64,000 bases of DNA from an uncultured bacterium. Lineage in GTDB: Bacteria > Schekmanbacteria > GWA2-38-11 > J061. The notes below the pieces were generated by a model. That model was not told the origin of the DNA. It ran no database searches and saw nothing but the letters and a program-made list of their open reading frames with translations. Position numbers and translations under genes: made by a program. How positions within the stretch are numbered: position 1 is the stretch's first letter; each line of letters starts with the position of its first letter. Below, piece by piece: positions 46,938-56,026 of this stretch. The stretch is taken from contig CAZJVM010000003.1 of NCBI GenBank assembly GCA_964549305.1, positions 31,380 to 95,379 on the forward strand, read 5' to 3'.

Positions 46938-49900
46938 TTATTCTTCCTGTTCTTCTATCTCAGATTCTATCTCGAGATAGATTTTCTTCAGCTTTTCTAT
47001 TTCTTCTTCTGTAGCATCCCATATTCCCCTGTTGAATGCTTCCATAAGCCGGTTAAGCTGATGCTCCACAGCCCAGACATTCTCCTTCATCATGCTTTTT
47101 CTGACATTTTCATCGAAGAGGTATTTTTCCGCAACCTGGCTCCATACCCAGTTGTCAACAGATTCCGATGTTGCCGACCACCCGATGAGATGCTCGACTC
47201 TTTGGCTGATGTTTTTCACTCCCCTGTATCCGCTCGATACCTGTCCCTCTATCCATTTGGGGTTGAAGAGTTTTGTCTTCGCTTCGTATTCCAGCGTGGA
47301 TTTAATGTTCTTCGTGCTTATGCGGTCTTTTGTGGTGTCAGCAACGAGAATGGAAGGTTTCGATTTTTTCTGCTTACCGCTTTTCCTTTTTACCGTTTCA
47401 ACGGATTTTGCCATACCGCCGAGAAACTCGTAGTAGTGGTCAAGGTCTGCCATTCCGTATTCGTCACTGCTTCTTACCTGCGCAACCACATCCACCTTGT
47501 CGAGCACTTCCCTGAATGTGTCCGTATTCGATACGGCGTGAAATGAATCTCCGTAGATGTGGGACATCTTTGCAATATGAAGGTTTGCTATATCTTCACT
47601 TTCCTCCCAACCCGATGTTTCGATTAGCTGAGTGACATCGGTGCCGTAGTTTGATGCCGAGGGACCGAATATCCTTGCGCGGGAGAGGGCCTCTGCCTGA
47701 TTTTTCGGTACTCCTTTATCAGTGAGCACCTTGCGTATTTCGTCTGAATGTTTTTTAACGAAATTTTTATCGTGCGGTTCATCCAAATCAGCGACAATGT
47801 TAAAGGCACGGTCTATGATTTTCAGCAGCACGGGGAAGGTGTCCCTGAATATGCCGCATATTTCCACTGCCACATCGAGGCGGGGCCTTCCTAATTTTTC
47901 AGGAGGTATCGCTTTTACGCCGACGAATTCGCCCGTGCCCGCCCATTTCGGCTCGACTCCGAGATAGTGAAAAATCTCTGCGACGGTTTCGCCCTGAGTT
48001 TTCATCGTTTCGAAACCCCAGAGAATGACTCCCACCGTTTCGGGAAATTTTCCTTCGTTTTCTTCCTTGTATCCTTCTATTACCTGTTTTCCGATGAGAA
48101 GTCCCCTTTCAACTGCCGTGCGTGTGGGTATGAGGTCGGGATTGAACTGATAAATATTTCTTCCCGTGGGAATAACGGCAGGGCTTCGCACAGGGTCGCC
48201 TCCCACTCCCGGCTTTATGTATTTGCCGGAAAAAGTTGCGAGCAGACTGTCTATTTCAAAATTGTTCGAAAGGTTTGATGCAATCTCACCGGCAAAGCCC
48301 AGAGTCTTTTCGAACTCGTTTATCTGTTTGGAGTTGGGTTTATTACTGATAAACTTTTTAATTGTTTTTTTAACAGACGGTGATTTTGCTTTGAGATAGT
48401 CAAGAAGAATCTTTTTGGATTTTTCTTCCACTTCTTCAAGCACTATGCCCATAGGCCTTCCGTCGGGGCCGATTTTCGATGGTTTGTCGCGGGCATCTTC
48501 CCAGTCGATTCCTTCCGCCTCAGACACGAGTCTGTGAAGCGAAAGAGTTTCTCCTTTGTCAAATCTAACTATGCCCATTACATAATCGGCCAATTCTTCG
48601 TCCTTGAAGGAGTTGCCGAGGACGTGTACTCCCTTTGTCATAAGCGTGCCCTTCATTTCGGTAAGGGAGTCGTAAAGCTCGTTTATGTCAATATCCGCGG
48701 CTTCAATGTCGGCAAGGTTTTCTTCTTTTGCCATTTCAAGGATTTTTTCCTTTATCGCCTTTGCCTGAGCGGGGCTTTGTTCCTTCTGCTGGAAATAATT
48801 ATGTATTTCCGTTTCCATTTCAAAAAGCCGCCCGTAGAGATTTGAAACAATCATCGGAGGCGTCATATAATCCACAGTCGTCGCGTGGCTTCTTCTGCGC
48901 GCAATGGAAGATTCCGAGGGATTTGAGCAGGTGTAGTAATAGGCGTGAGGGATATCGCCTATAAGAAGGTCGGGATAGCAGTTTTCAGAAAGGGCAACCT
49001 GTTTTCCCGGTAAAAATTCCAATGTGCCGTGGGTGCCGAAATGAACGAGAAGGTCAGCCTGAAATTCCTTCTGAAGCCAGAGATAGTATGCAAGATACTG
49101 ATGATGAGGCGCTATTCCCGTATCGTGATAAGTCTTCGAAGGGTCTTCGAAATATCCCCTGGGCGGCTGAAATCCTAAAAATATCTTCCCAAAAGTAATT
49201 CCCGGTATGAGGACATCTTCATCGTCGGCGAGAATGTTTCCCGGAGATTCACCCCATTGCTCGATGATGTCCTTCCTGTTATGTTCGGGAATTTCGTTAA
49301 GCCATTCATTATAAGCGCTTACGGGCACCTTGAAGGCATTTTCCTTGATTTTTTGCAATCCTGTCCAGTTGCTCAGGTTCACGAGATTTTTCTTTACCAT
49401 AAGGCGGATGAACTCCTGACGTGTTTTCGGGTATCCCGAAACATCGTAACCCTCTTTTTTCATCCTGTCGAAAAGTCTTATCAAACTGTCGAAGGTGTCG
49501 AGGTTTCCCGCGTTTCCTATGTTGTCTTTTCCGGGAGGATAATTGAAAAGAACAAAAGCCACTTTCTTTTCACTGTTTTTAAGGTTTCTGAGCTTAACCC
49601 ATCTTGCCGTTCTTTCCACTGCCCTGTCCACCCGGTCTTCGATTGCCTGCATTACGCGGATGGTCTTCCCGTTTTCCGAAAGGTCCTTGTGACCTGATAT
49701 AAGGACGCCTTCAATCAGTCCGTCAAGCTCGGGAAGTATTGCCGTAATCGTTGTCTCAAGAGGCGCCATTCCTTCACTCTTTTCCCTCCACTCGTCAACG
49801 GTTGTGTATCCCATATTAAGATACTTCATAATCGGGACATTCAGTCTTGCGGCAAGATCTATGAATGCTTCGTAATCGCCGCCGAGCGGTCCTCCTTCGA

Positions 49901-50840
49901 TTCTGAAAAAGAGAAAGCTTATGATTGCTTCAACTATTGATTTGCCCTTTGACATAAACTGGCGTTCCATATTTTTCATATTTTCAGAACCTGATGTGAG
50001 GATTGTAATCGCGCCGAGTCCACGTTTCTCGAGAGCTTCTATGACTGCTTCAAGGTCGCCTGTGTCCTGTGTCTGATAGCGTTGAGTGTAGAAGAGGATA
50101 CCCACATAAGGATTTTTGACTGTTTTAGTGAGTTCGGTCTTTTGAATGAGTCCGGATTTTTTGTACCAGCTGAGATATTCATCGACGGTGGCGTATATTT
50201 TCTCCGATTTCGGATGATAAAGCGCGCCCTGCTTGATTTCTTCGGGAGGTTTGTATTCGACCTTGTATCCGTAATATTCGGAGAGGATGAACATAAAAAA
50301 TTGCGTAATGTTGTCTCTGCCTCCTGCAAAGAAATATTTCCATGCCCTGATGTAATTCGCGGCATCCTTCCATTTTCCGAATCTCATAACCTTGAGAATC
50401 GCGTCTGCCATTACAAGAAGTTTGCGCACTTCCATAGTGCTCTTGCTTGAATTCATTAATCCTCTGAGGATTCCAACGGCTTTTCCGAGCATTGAGTCGC
50501 TTTTTTCCATAGACATCTTGGGAAGCTGAAATTTTCCAATCTTCGTAAGGCTCATTCCGCGGGGCATTGAAGCGAGGACAATATAATTCTTTTTTTCGCT
50601 TTTGTGTTTTTCGAGTATGTCGAGAATTTCATCGTCAAACACCATATTGACGATTACCGTATCGGCTTCCTTTATGCTTTTTTCGATTTTTGAAAGATGT
50701 TCTTTCTGAAACTTCTGGTGGCGAAGGCAGAAGAAATAATCGAGTTTTACTTCACCCTTGAATTTCTTTTCAAGTTCATTTGATGCCTCGGCAAGAGACT
50801 TACTGAAGGTATAGTCTCCAATTATGGCAGTAAAATGCAT
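46938..50840 (-). CDS. Class I chelatase large subunit (CobN/ChlH family), 1300 aa.
   Basis: CobN/ChlH-family blocks throughout, including LLVHFGTHGTLEFLPGK, PNLYGRLFE and VKLRNLKNSEKKVAFVLFNYPPG. Confidence 0.85.
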   Translation of the reverse strand: MHFTAIIGDYTFSKSLAEASNELEKKFKGEVKLDYFFCLRHQKFQKEHLSKIEKSIKEADTVIVNMVFDDEILDILEKHKSEKKNYIVLASMPRGMSLTKIGKFQLPKMSMEKSDSMLGKAVGILRGLMNSSKSTMEVRKLLVMADAILKVMRFGKWKDAANYIRAWKYFFAGGRDNITQFFMFILSEYYGYKVEYKPPEEIKQGALYHPKSEKIYATVDEYLSWYKKSGLIQKTELTKTVKNPYVGILFYTQRYQTQDTGDLEAVIEALEKRGLGAITILTSGSENMKNMERQFMSKGKSIVEAIISFLFFRIEGGPLGGDYEAFIDLAARLNVPIMKYLNMGYTTVDEWREKSEGMAPLETTITAILPELDGLIEGVLISGHKDLSENGKTIRVMQAIEDRVDRAVERTARWVKLRNLKNSEKKVAFVLFNYPPGKDNIGNAGNLDTFDSLIRLFDRMKKEGYDVSGYPKTRQEFIRLMVKKNLVNLSNWTGLQKIKENAFKVPVSAYNEWLNEIPEHNRKDIIEQWGESPGNILADDEDVLIPGITFGKIFLGFQPPRGYFEDPSKTYHDTGIAPHHQYLAYYLWLQKEFQADLLVHFGTHGTLEFLPGKQVALSENCYPDLLIGDIPHAYYYTCSNPSESSIARRRSHATTVDYMTPPMIVSNLYGRLFEMETEIHNYFQQKEQSPAQAKAIKEKILEMAKEENLADIEAADIDINELYDSLTEMKGTLMTKGVHVLGNSFKDEELADYVMGIVRFDKGETLSLHRLVSEAEGIDWEDARDKPSKIGPDGRPMGIVLEEVEEKSKKILLDYLKAKSPSVKKTIKKFISNKPNSKQINEFEKTLGFAGEIASNLSNNFEIDSLLATFSGKYIKPGVGGDPVRSPAVIPTGRNIYQFNPDLIPTRTAVERGLLIGKQVIEGYKEENEGKFPETVGVILWGFETMKTQGETVAEIFHYLGVEPKWAGTGEFVGVKAIPPEKLGRPRLDVAVEICGIFRDTFPVLLKIIDRAFNIVADLDEPHDKNFVKKHSDEIRKVLTDKGVPKNQAEALSRARIFGPSASNYGTDVTQLIETSGWEESEDIANLHIAKMSHIYGDSFHAVSNTDTFREVLDKVDVVAQVRSSDEYGMADLDHYYEFLGGMAKSVETVKRKSGKQKKSKPSILVADTTKDRISTKNIKSTLEYEAKTKLFNPKWIEGQVSSGYRGVKNISQRVEHLIGWSATSESVDNWVWSQVAEKYLFDENVRKSMMKENVWAVEHQLNRLMEAFNRGIWDATEEEIEKLKKIYLEIESEIEEQEE

Positions 50841-50858
50841 ATTAATCTCCTTACGGGG

Positions 50859-51308
50859 TTAAATGCTCAGTTTTTCAAGAATTTTCCTGACTTTATCAAG
50901 TGAGTTTCCAAGCTCGCTTACTTCTTCATCTGTGAGGCGGCTAAAAATATTGAGAAGTTCTTCACGGCGCTTCATCATAAATTCCATCCTCATTTCCACG
51001 CCTTTCTCTGTAAGATTCACCTTTACCACTCTGCGGTCATTTTTATCTCTTTCTCTTTCTACGATGCCTTCCTTAACCAGTTTGTCGATTGCTTCTGTCA
51101 TGCTTGGAAGGGTTACGCCCGCGTTTTTAGCCAATTCACCCATTGTGAAGGGGCGGGATTCGGTAAAGGCGGAAAGGGCTTTGATTTTGGAGAGACTTAG
51201 GTCATAGCTTAATTTTACGCCGTTTAGAGAAACAACCTTTTTTGTAAACTCAATAAAGAAATCTTTTACCTTGAGGATATTTTCTTCAAGATTTTTCGCT
51301 CTCTGCAT
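50859..51308 (-). CDS. MarR-family transcriptional regulator.
   Basis: Winged HTH: MGELAKNAGVTLPSMTEAIDKLVKEGIVERERDKNDRRVVKVNLTEKG. It is the first gene of the chelatase operon. Confidence 0.8.
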   Translation of the reverse strand: MQRAKNLEENILKVKDFFIEFTKKVVSLNGVKLSYDLSLSKIKALSAFTESRPFTMGELAKNAGVTLPSMTEAIDKLVKEGIVERERDKNDRRVVKVNLTEKGVEMRMEFMMKRREELLNIFSRLTDEEVSELGNSLDKVRKILEKLSI

Positions 51309-51325
51309 TTATTTTACCTCTTTTT

Positions 51326-51356
51326 ATTTAGATAAATAATATTTCAGTATCTAAAT
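51326..51356. promoter_or_regulatory. Perfect 9-bp inverted repeat ATTTAGATA-N13-TATCTAAAT in the divergent MarR/GGDEF promoter region; candidate MarR operator.
   Basis: Read directly from the sequence. Left arm at 51326-51334 and right arm at 51348-51356, 18-48 nt upstream of the marR start. Confidence 0.4.
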
Positions 51357-51463
51357 ATTAATTAAATAAATATTATTGTCAAGAGAAAGAAATAAGATAT
51401 TTAAACTTTTTTCCCCTTTTGCATTAGAAATTAATATTGAAGCGATAAAAAACGATACTAAGA

Positions 51464-53104
51464 ATGAAAAAAAAATTATTTTCCGGATTAAGAACAATTC
51501 ATTTATATTTGCTTTTGGAAACATCGCCTATGAAAGATATCAAAGTATTTTTTTCGTTTAAGGCAAGGCTGGCATTTGCGGTTTTTCTTACAGCGCTTCT
51601 TTTTATCCATACCCCGGTAAAGAACTTCTTTGCAGTTGCAATCGTTGTGGAATTTATCTGTTACGGAATGTTTTGGGGATTTCTTTTAAAGAAGACCTTT
51701 TTGTCGAAAATCAAATGGTCTCTTTATATCGCCGCGTCAACTGATATTCTCATTGTGATTGCTCTAATCATTGCCGGCGGAGGCAATGCGGGCGCGCTGT
51801 TTCCACTCTTGTGCTGCTTTACGGGTTTTTATGCGTACTTTGCGGGATTGAGAGTGTCTCTTGCCGTGGCATTTCTCTCGACTCTCTTTTATCTCGGCGC
51901 GGGAAGTTTTTTCGGGGAAAGCGGTAAAACGATTTCCGAGCTATTTGTAAGAATCGGACTTTTTTATCTTGTTTCATTTTTTATAGGACTGCCTGTTGAT
52001 AAGACGGAAAAGGAAAAAGAAAATGTAAAATTCCTGAGAAGGCGGCTCGATGGCGAGATTGATAAGAGCGAGAAGTTGAAGGATAAGATTAAAAAGCAGG
52101 CAAAAGAAATTGTCGTTATGCATGAGCTTGGAAGAATAATGAATTCCGAAAACAGCTCATTGAAGGAAATATGCGATAAAGTCGCGTTCATTCTCGCGCG
52201 CCATCTTCAACTTAAGAGTTTCTGCATCTTTGTGCTTAATGAAGAAACTTCACAGCTTGAAATAAAATCCTCCATAGGCCTTCCAAAGGGAATCGAAAGA
52301 AAGGTCATTATCAATATAGGCGAAGGTATTACGGGAAAAGTCGCCAAGACGGGCGATCCAATGCTAATCAATGATGTTACGAAGGATGAAAGATTTACCT
52401 ATTTCGGCGGATTGTGCAGGAATATAAAATCTTATCTCTGCGTGCCTATGACAGTGGACAGAAAGGTTGTAGGAGTAATCAGTGCCACAGAAGATTCGCC
52501 GGGATATTTCACAGTTCCCGATATGAATCTCCTTGCCGATGTGGCAAGCCATTTGTCTGTTGCAATGCAGAACATCAAATATATGGATAAACTGAAGAGT
52601 ATGTCTTCAATGGACGGTTTGACGGGATTGTGCAACCATCGATTCTTTTATCAGAGACTGAAACAGGAGATATCTGCCGCGGGCAGATTCAAGGACAAGA
52701 TAAGCATTGTAATGCTCGACATAGACTTCTTCAAGAAAGTCAACGATACATACGGACATAAAGCGGGAGACCGCATATTGGTGGGAGTTGCTTCCATTCT
52801 AAAAAATGCCTGCAGGGAATCAGACCTTGTCGCACGATACGGAGGTGAGGAATTTGCCCTTATTCTTCCCCGTACTTCAAAGGAAAGGGCAATGGCAATC
52901 GCGGAACGAATAAGGGAGAGAATCAGGAAAAGAAGTTTTTCAATAAGCAATGATGGTGCGAAAATTGCCGTAACCTTGAGCGCCGGTATTTCGGAATATC
53001 CCGCTGACGGTAAAAGTTCGAACGAGATTGTGCAGAAGTCCGATGAAGCGCTCTATAGCGCGAAGCACTCGGGAAGAAACAGAGTCGAACTTTACGCCGG
53101 ATAG
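51464..53104 (+). CDS. Membrane-anchored GAF-GGDEF diguanylate cyclase.
   Basis: N-terminal TM segments, a coiled-coil, a GAF-like region, and a GGDEF domain with RYGGEEF and the KxxND/D-x-L-T-G-L blocks. The true start is possibly the MKDIKV Met at 51530. Confidence 0.85.
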   Translation: MKKKLFSGLRTIHLYLLLETSPMKDIKVFFSFKARLAFAVFLTALLFIHTPVKNFFAVAIVVEFICYGMFWGFLLKKTFLSKIKWSLYIAASTDILIVIALIIAGGGNAGALFPLLCCFTGFYAYFAGLRVSLAVAFLSTLFYLGAGSFFGESGKTISELFVRIGLFYLVSFFIGLPVDKTEKEKENVKFLRRRLDGEIDKSEKLKDKIKKQAKEIVVMHELGRIMNSENSSLKEICDKVAFILARHLQLKSFCIFVLNEETSQLEIKSSIGLPKGIERKVIINIGEGITGKVAKTGDPMLINDVTKDERFTYFGGLCRNIKSYLCVPMTVDRKVVGVISATEDSPGYFTVPDMNLLADVASHLSVAMQNIKYMDKLKSMSSMDGLTGLCNHRFFYQRLKQEISAAGRFKDKISIVMLDIDFFKKVNDTYGHKAGDRILVGVASILKNACRESDLVARYGGEEFALILPRTSKERAMAIAERIRERIRKRSFSISNDGAKIAVTLSAGISEYPADGKSSNEIVQKSDEALYSAKHSGRNRVELYAG

Positions 53105-53128
53105 AAGTTTGGTGTATAAGCCTTACCT

Positions 53129-53989
53129 ATGAAAGTAAAACCCCAATGTTTTGAATGCATAAAGCAATTGATATACCGTACCTGCGCGTTGTCCACGGAC
53201 AATGCTGAATTGCGGGAAAAGGCGCAGAGAGCGGCGATAAAAATTCTTTTGGACAATTACGGACGCGATTCCGTTCCGGCCAAAATATCTACCATATTTC
53301 ATAAGAAAATCCGCGAGATTACCGGAAATGACGACCCCTATAAAAAACAGAAAGAAAAGGAAATGGAAAATTCCCGCAGTTGCATTGAGATAGCGCGTAA
53401 AAATGCAGGTGAAGATATGTATGGCGCAATACGTCTTTCCGCGATTGGTAACTCGATTGATTATTTCAGAGATTTTGAAGAAGTAAAAAAGGACCTTACG
53501 GGAGATTTTTCTTTTGCCGTGGATGACATATCAAAAGCCCTTCCGATTATAGACGAACTCGCCTCGAAGAGGGACACGGTGCTTTTTCTTTCCGATAACG
53601 CAGGGGAATTCTTTTTTGATATGCCACTTATTTCGCTTATGGAAGAAAGAGACATCAAGGTTTTTTATTCCATAAAGAGCGCCCCCGTTCAAAATGATTT
53701 GTCTCTGTCCGATTTCGGGAAATTCGGGGATTTAAGAAAACCCGCGAATGTGCTCTTGAGCGGGAATGCATCTGTGGGATTTTCTCTTGAAGAGGCAAGC
53801 GATGAATTTAGGGAAGTATTCAGGCAGTCCGCGTTGATAATAGCCAAGGGTATGGGGCACTATGAAACTCTCACTGAAATCAAATGCGGAAAGCCTGTGT
53901 TATATCTTCTTAAGGCAAAATGCGCTCCTGTAGCCGGATCATTGAATGTCAAAGAGGGAAGTTTCGCTGCAAAACTTTTGTTTCAGTAG
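53129..53989 (+). CDS. DUF89-family protein (ARMT1-like metal-dependent phosphatase/damage-control family).
   Basis: N-terminal CFECIKQ, the LSDNAGE motif and a KGMGHYE block. Confidence 0.65.
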   Translation: MKVKPQCFECIKQLIYRTCALSTDNAELREKAQRAAIKILLDNYGRDSVPAKISTIFHKKIREITGNDDPYKKQKEKEMENSRSCIEIARKNAGEDMYGAIRLSAIGNSIDYFRDFEEVKKDLTGDFSFAVDDISKALPIIDELASKRDTVLFLSDNAGEFFFDMPLISLMEERDIKVFYSIKSAPVQNDLSLSDFGKFGDLRKPANVLLSGNASVGFSLEEASDEFREVFRQSALIIAKGMGHYETLTEIKCGKPVLYLLKAKCAPVAGSLNVKEGSFAAKLLFQ

Positions 53990-54004
53990 GTTAAGCGCGG
54001 GAGG

Positions 54005-54652
54005 TTATTTTTTTTTAAAGACCATTAACGAGTGAAGTGCCGTTATGCTTTCCTTGTTTTCCAATTTAAAGCCTTCTCTGCCAAGAAGCCATTCAAGGTC
54101 GTCTTCGCCGTATTTGCCGTGCTCGGAAAACATTTCAAATGCCGCATCCTCAGGCATATTCCTTCCCATCAGCTTGTGAAATTCCACATAATCTTCAAGA
54201 GATGTCCTTACCCAATCGTAAATAATAAAATAACCATTTTTCGAAAGAAGATTATGCTTCAGATTGTCAAGAAGCGAAAGGGGAGAGGGAAGGTGATGAA
54301 AGACAAAATTCATTGTTATGAAATCAAAAGGCCTGTCTTTTAAATTCGTTTTTCCTGATGAGATATCCCTCTTGTATATCTTTGCTCTTGCCCGCGGAAG
54401 TTTCATTTGTTTCGCGTATGAAACCATTGCTTCAGATTCGTCTACGCCCGTAGCCGTAAGATTCGGGTAGGCGGAAATGATGTCGCGCACGAAAAGTCCC
54501 GGACCCGTGCCCAGATCAAGAAGGGTTCCTTTCTTTGTCGTTTTTAAAGGGACAAAAGCCTCTAATGTTTGCCAGTAAAAAAGGGGAAAGCGAAAATCAT
54601 GGGTTTCAACCATTATTGATGTGAGATCCGGTTTTCTTTTTTTTACTCTCAT
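54005..54652 (-). CDS. Class I SAM-dependent methyltransferase.
   Basis: LLDLGTGPGLF motif I and an ITMNFVFHHL motif. Confidence 0.65.
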   Translation of the reverse strand: MRVKKRKPDLTSIMVETHDFRFPLFYWQTLEAFVPLKTTKKGTLLDLGTGPGLFVRDIISAYPNLTATGVDESEAMVSYAKQMKLPRARAKIYKRDISSGKTNLKDRPFDFITMNFVFHHLPSPLSLLDNLKHNLLSKNGYFIIYDWVRTSLEDYVEFHKLMGRNMPEDAAFEMFSEHGKYGEDDLEWLLGREGFKLENKESITALHSLMVFKKK

Positions 54653-54698
54653 TTCATTTTTCCTTTGTCAAAGTTGTTTCCTATGCCCATCGCTATTG

Positions 54699-55403
54699 CT
54701 ATGTATAGGCATTCAGATACAAGAGAATTACGGCATTAGTTGCAAGGTTCGCAGTTGTGACAACCCAAAAAACTCCGCTTTCTTTTTCCCTTGAAACAAA
54801 CATTCCCCAAAGAGCTCCGAGAGAAAACAGTATGATTATTATCGTAAAGGACCAGGAACCGACACTGTAAAGTTCAAAAAGGAAAGTGCCCAGCCTAAAG
54901 ATATCTTTTGCAAACCACCACGAACAAAATGTCCAGAATAAAATGCGGGGAGTAAAAGCTCTTCTGCGTGAAAAAGAAAATTTAAAGTCCAACAATCCCC
55001 AAAAAATAAAAATCAGTAATGCGGGAAGATAAATGTCCTGAGGTTTTACGAAAAAGGCCGCTCCTAATGTGCCTTCGGGCCACATTGCGCTATCTGTGCT
55101 CACCACAAGCATCTTTTCGAGCATTAGCATAATGACTATGATTAACGAGCAGGGGAGAAATGAAATAAGTATCCCTGAGAATTTTTTTTCATAAGCTCTT
55201 TCAATCTGAGTTGCAAAAGCCGTTGAAAGGATTACGGCGATTGTCAGAAAGAAAATCTTAAATCCCCAAAAGCTCAATGTCTGAGAGCGCGCTAACAAAA
55301 CTTCAAATAGTGTGGTGATTGAAAGAAAGAGCATTAGATAAATCAGCGAAAACGCTCTTGTGTTTAAATCGCGCAATTTACATTCGTAATACTCAAAATT
55401 CAT
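54699..55403 (-). CDS. Hypothetical polytopic membrane protein.
   Basis: 234 aa with about six hydrophobic helices. No recognisable catalytic motif. Confidence 0.35.
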   Translation of the reverse strand: MNFEYYECKLRDLNTRAFSLIYLMLFLSITTLFEVLLARSQTLSFWGFKIFFLTIAVILSTAFATQIERAYEKKFSGILISFLPCSLIIVIMLMLEKMLVVSTDSAMWPEGTLGAAFFVKPQDIYLPALLIFIFWGLLDFKFSFSRRRAFTPRILFWTFCSWWFAKDIFRLGTFLFELYSVGSWSFTIIIILFSLGALWGMFVSREKESGVFWVVTTANLATNAVILLYLNAYT

Positions 55404-55856
55404 AATAAATAAATTATATCAGACATTTTACAATTTTAAAATCTGAATTTTAAATAACTCTAATAAATATGAGTTAGAGGCGTTAGTTAAATATCGAAAT
55501 CAGAATATGGATTTTTATTAAGGGAATAAATATCATAATATCAGTATGTTATGTTTAAATATGTCGATATTTTGACAATATCTATGTCAGATGAATGACA
55601 TTGTTTATTTAGGTTAAGTTGTTGAAATAATTAACTATAAAATATTATATCTTTTTTTTGATATTTTTTTTTGTTGAAAAATCCTCATAAAATACTTTTT
55701 TTTGTTCTTTGCAATTTCTTCCTATAATAATATCGTAAGTTAATTCAATACGTTATGCCTTAAAAGACTCTCTTTTAAAAATAATGGTATGATTTTTGCA
55801 ATGTTCACAATGTTTGAAAATTTTTTTTCATTTAACTTTTAGAGAGGGAGGTTTCC

Positions 55857-56015
55857 ATGAGGTGTCCTAAATGCAGCGGTATCATGGTTCTCCAGAGGTT
55901 TTTTGACAGGTATTACAGTTTTGAAGGTTGGCGTTGCGTTAACTGCGGTTCGATTATTGACGGTATCATTCTTGAAAACAGAAAGAAATCAAGTTCAAAA
56001 TCAGCAGCAGCTTAG
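55857..56015 (+). CDS. Small zinc-ribbon protein (52 aa). Not in the ORF track.
   Basis: ATG preceded by AGAGAGGGAGG at an 8-nt spacer. MRCPKCSGIMVLQRFFDRYYSFEGWRCVNCGSIIDGIILENRKKSSSKSAAA, with two CxxC pairs. A TGgTATGAT extended -10 lies about 60 nt upstream. Confidence 0.45.
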   Translation: MRCPKCSGIMVLQRFFDRYYSFEGWRCVNCGSIIDGIILENRKKSSSKSAAA

Positions 56016-56026
56016 GATATTTTAGT

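Noticed and set aside
47061-50450. Multiple 60-160-aa ORFs on both strands inside the 3.9 kb cobN/chlH-like gene.
   Set aside because: They sit inside a single continuous 1300-aa ORF with CobN-family blocks throughout. They are spurious.
51464-51529. N-terminal 22 residues (MKKKLFSGLRTIHLYLLLETSP) of the GGDEF ORF.
   Set aside because: Probably an over-extension by the longest-ORF rule. The MKDIKV Met at 51530 is a more plausible start, but this cannot be resolved without RBS scoring or homolog alignment.
55404-55856. Long AT-rich intergenic region checked for a CRISPR array, tandem repeats or a tRNA.
   Set aside because: It contains only T/A homopolymer runs and promoter-like boxes. There is no repeat-spacer periodicity and no tRNA-like T-loop/acceptor features. 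No CRISPR, tRNA or rRNA was seen anywhere in the window.
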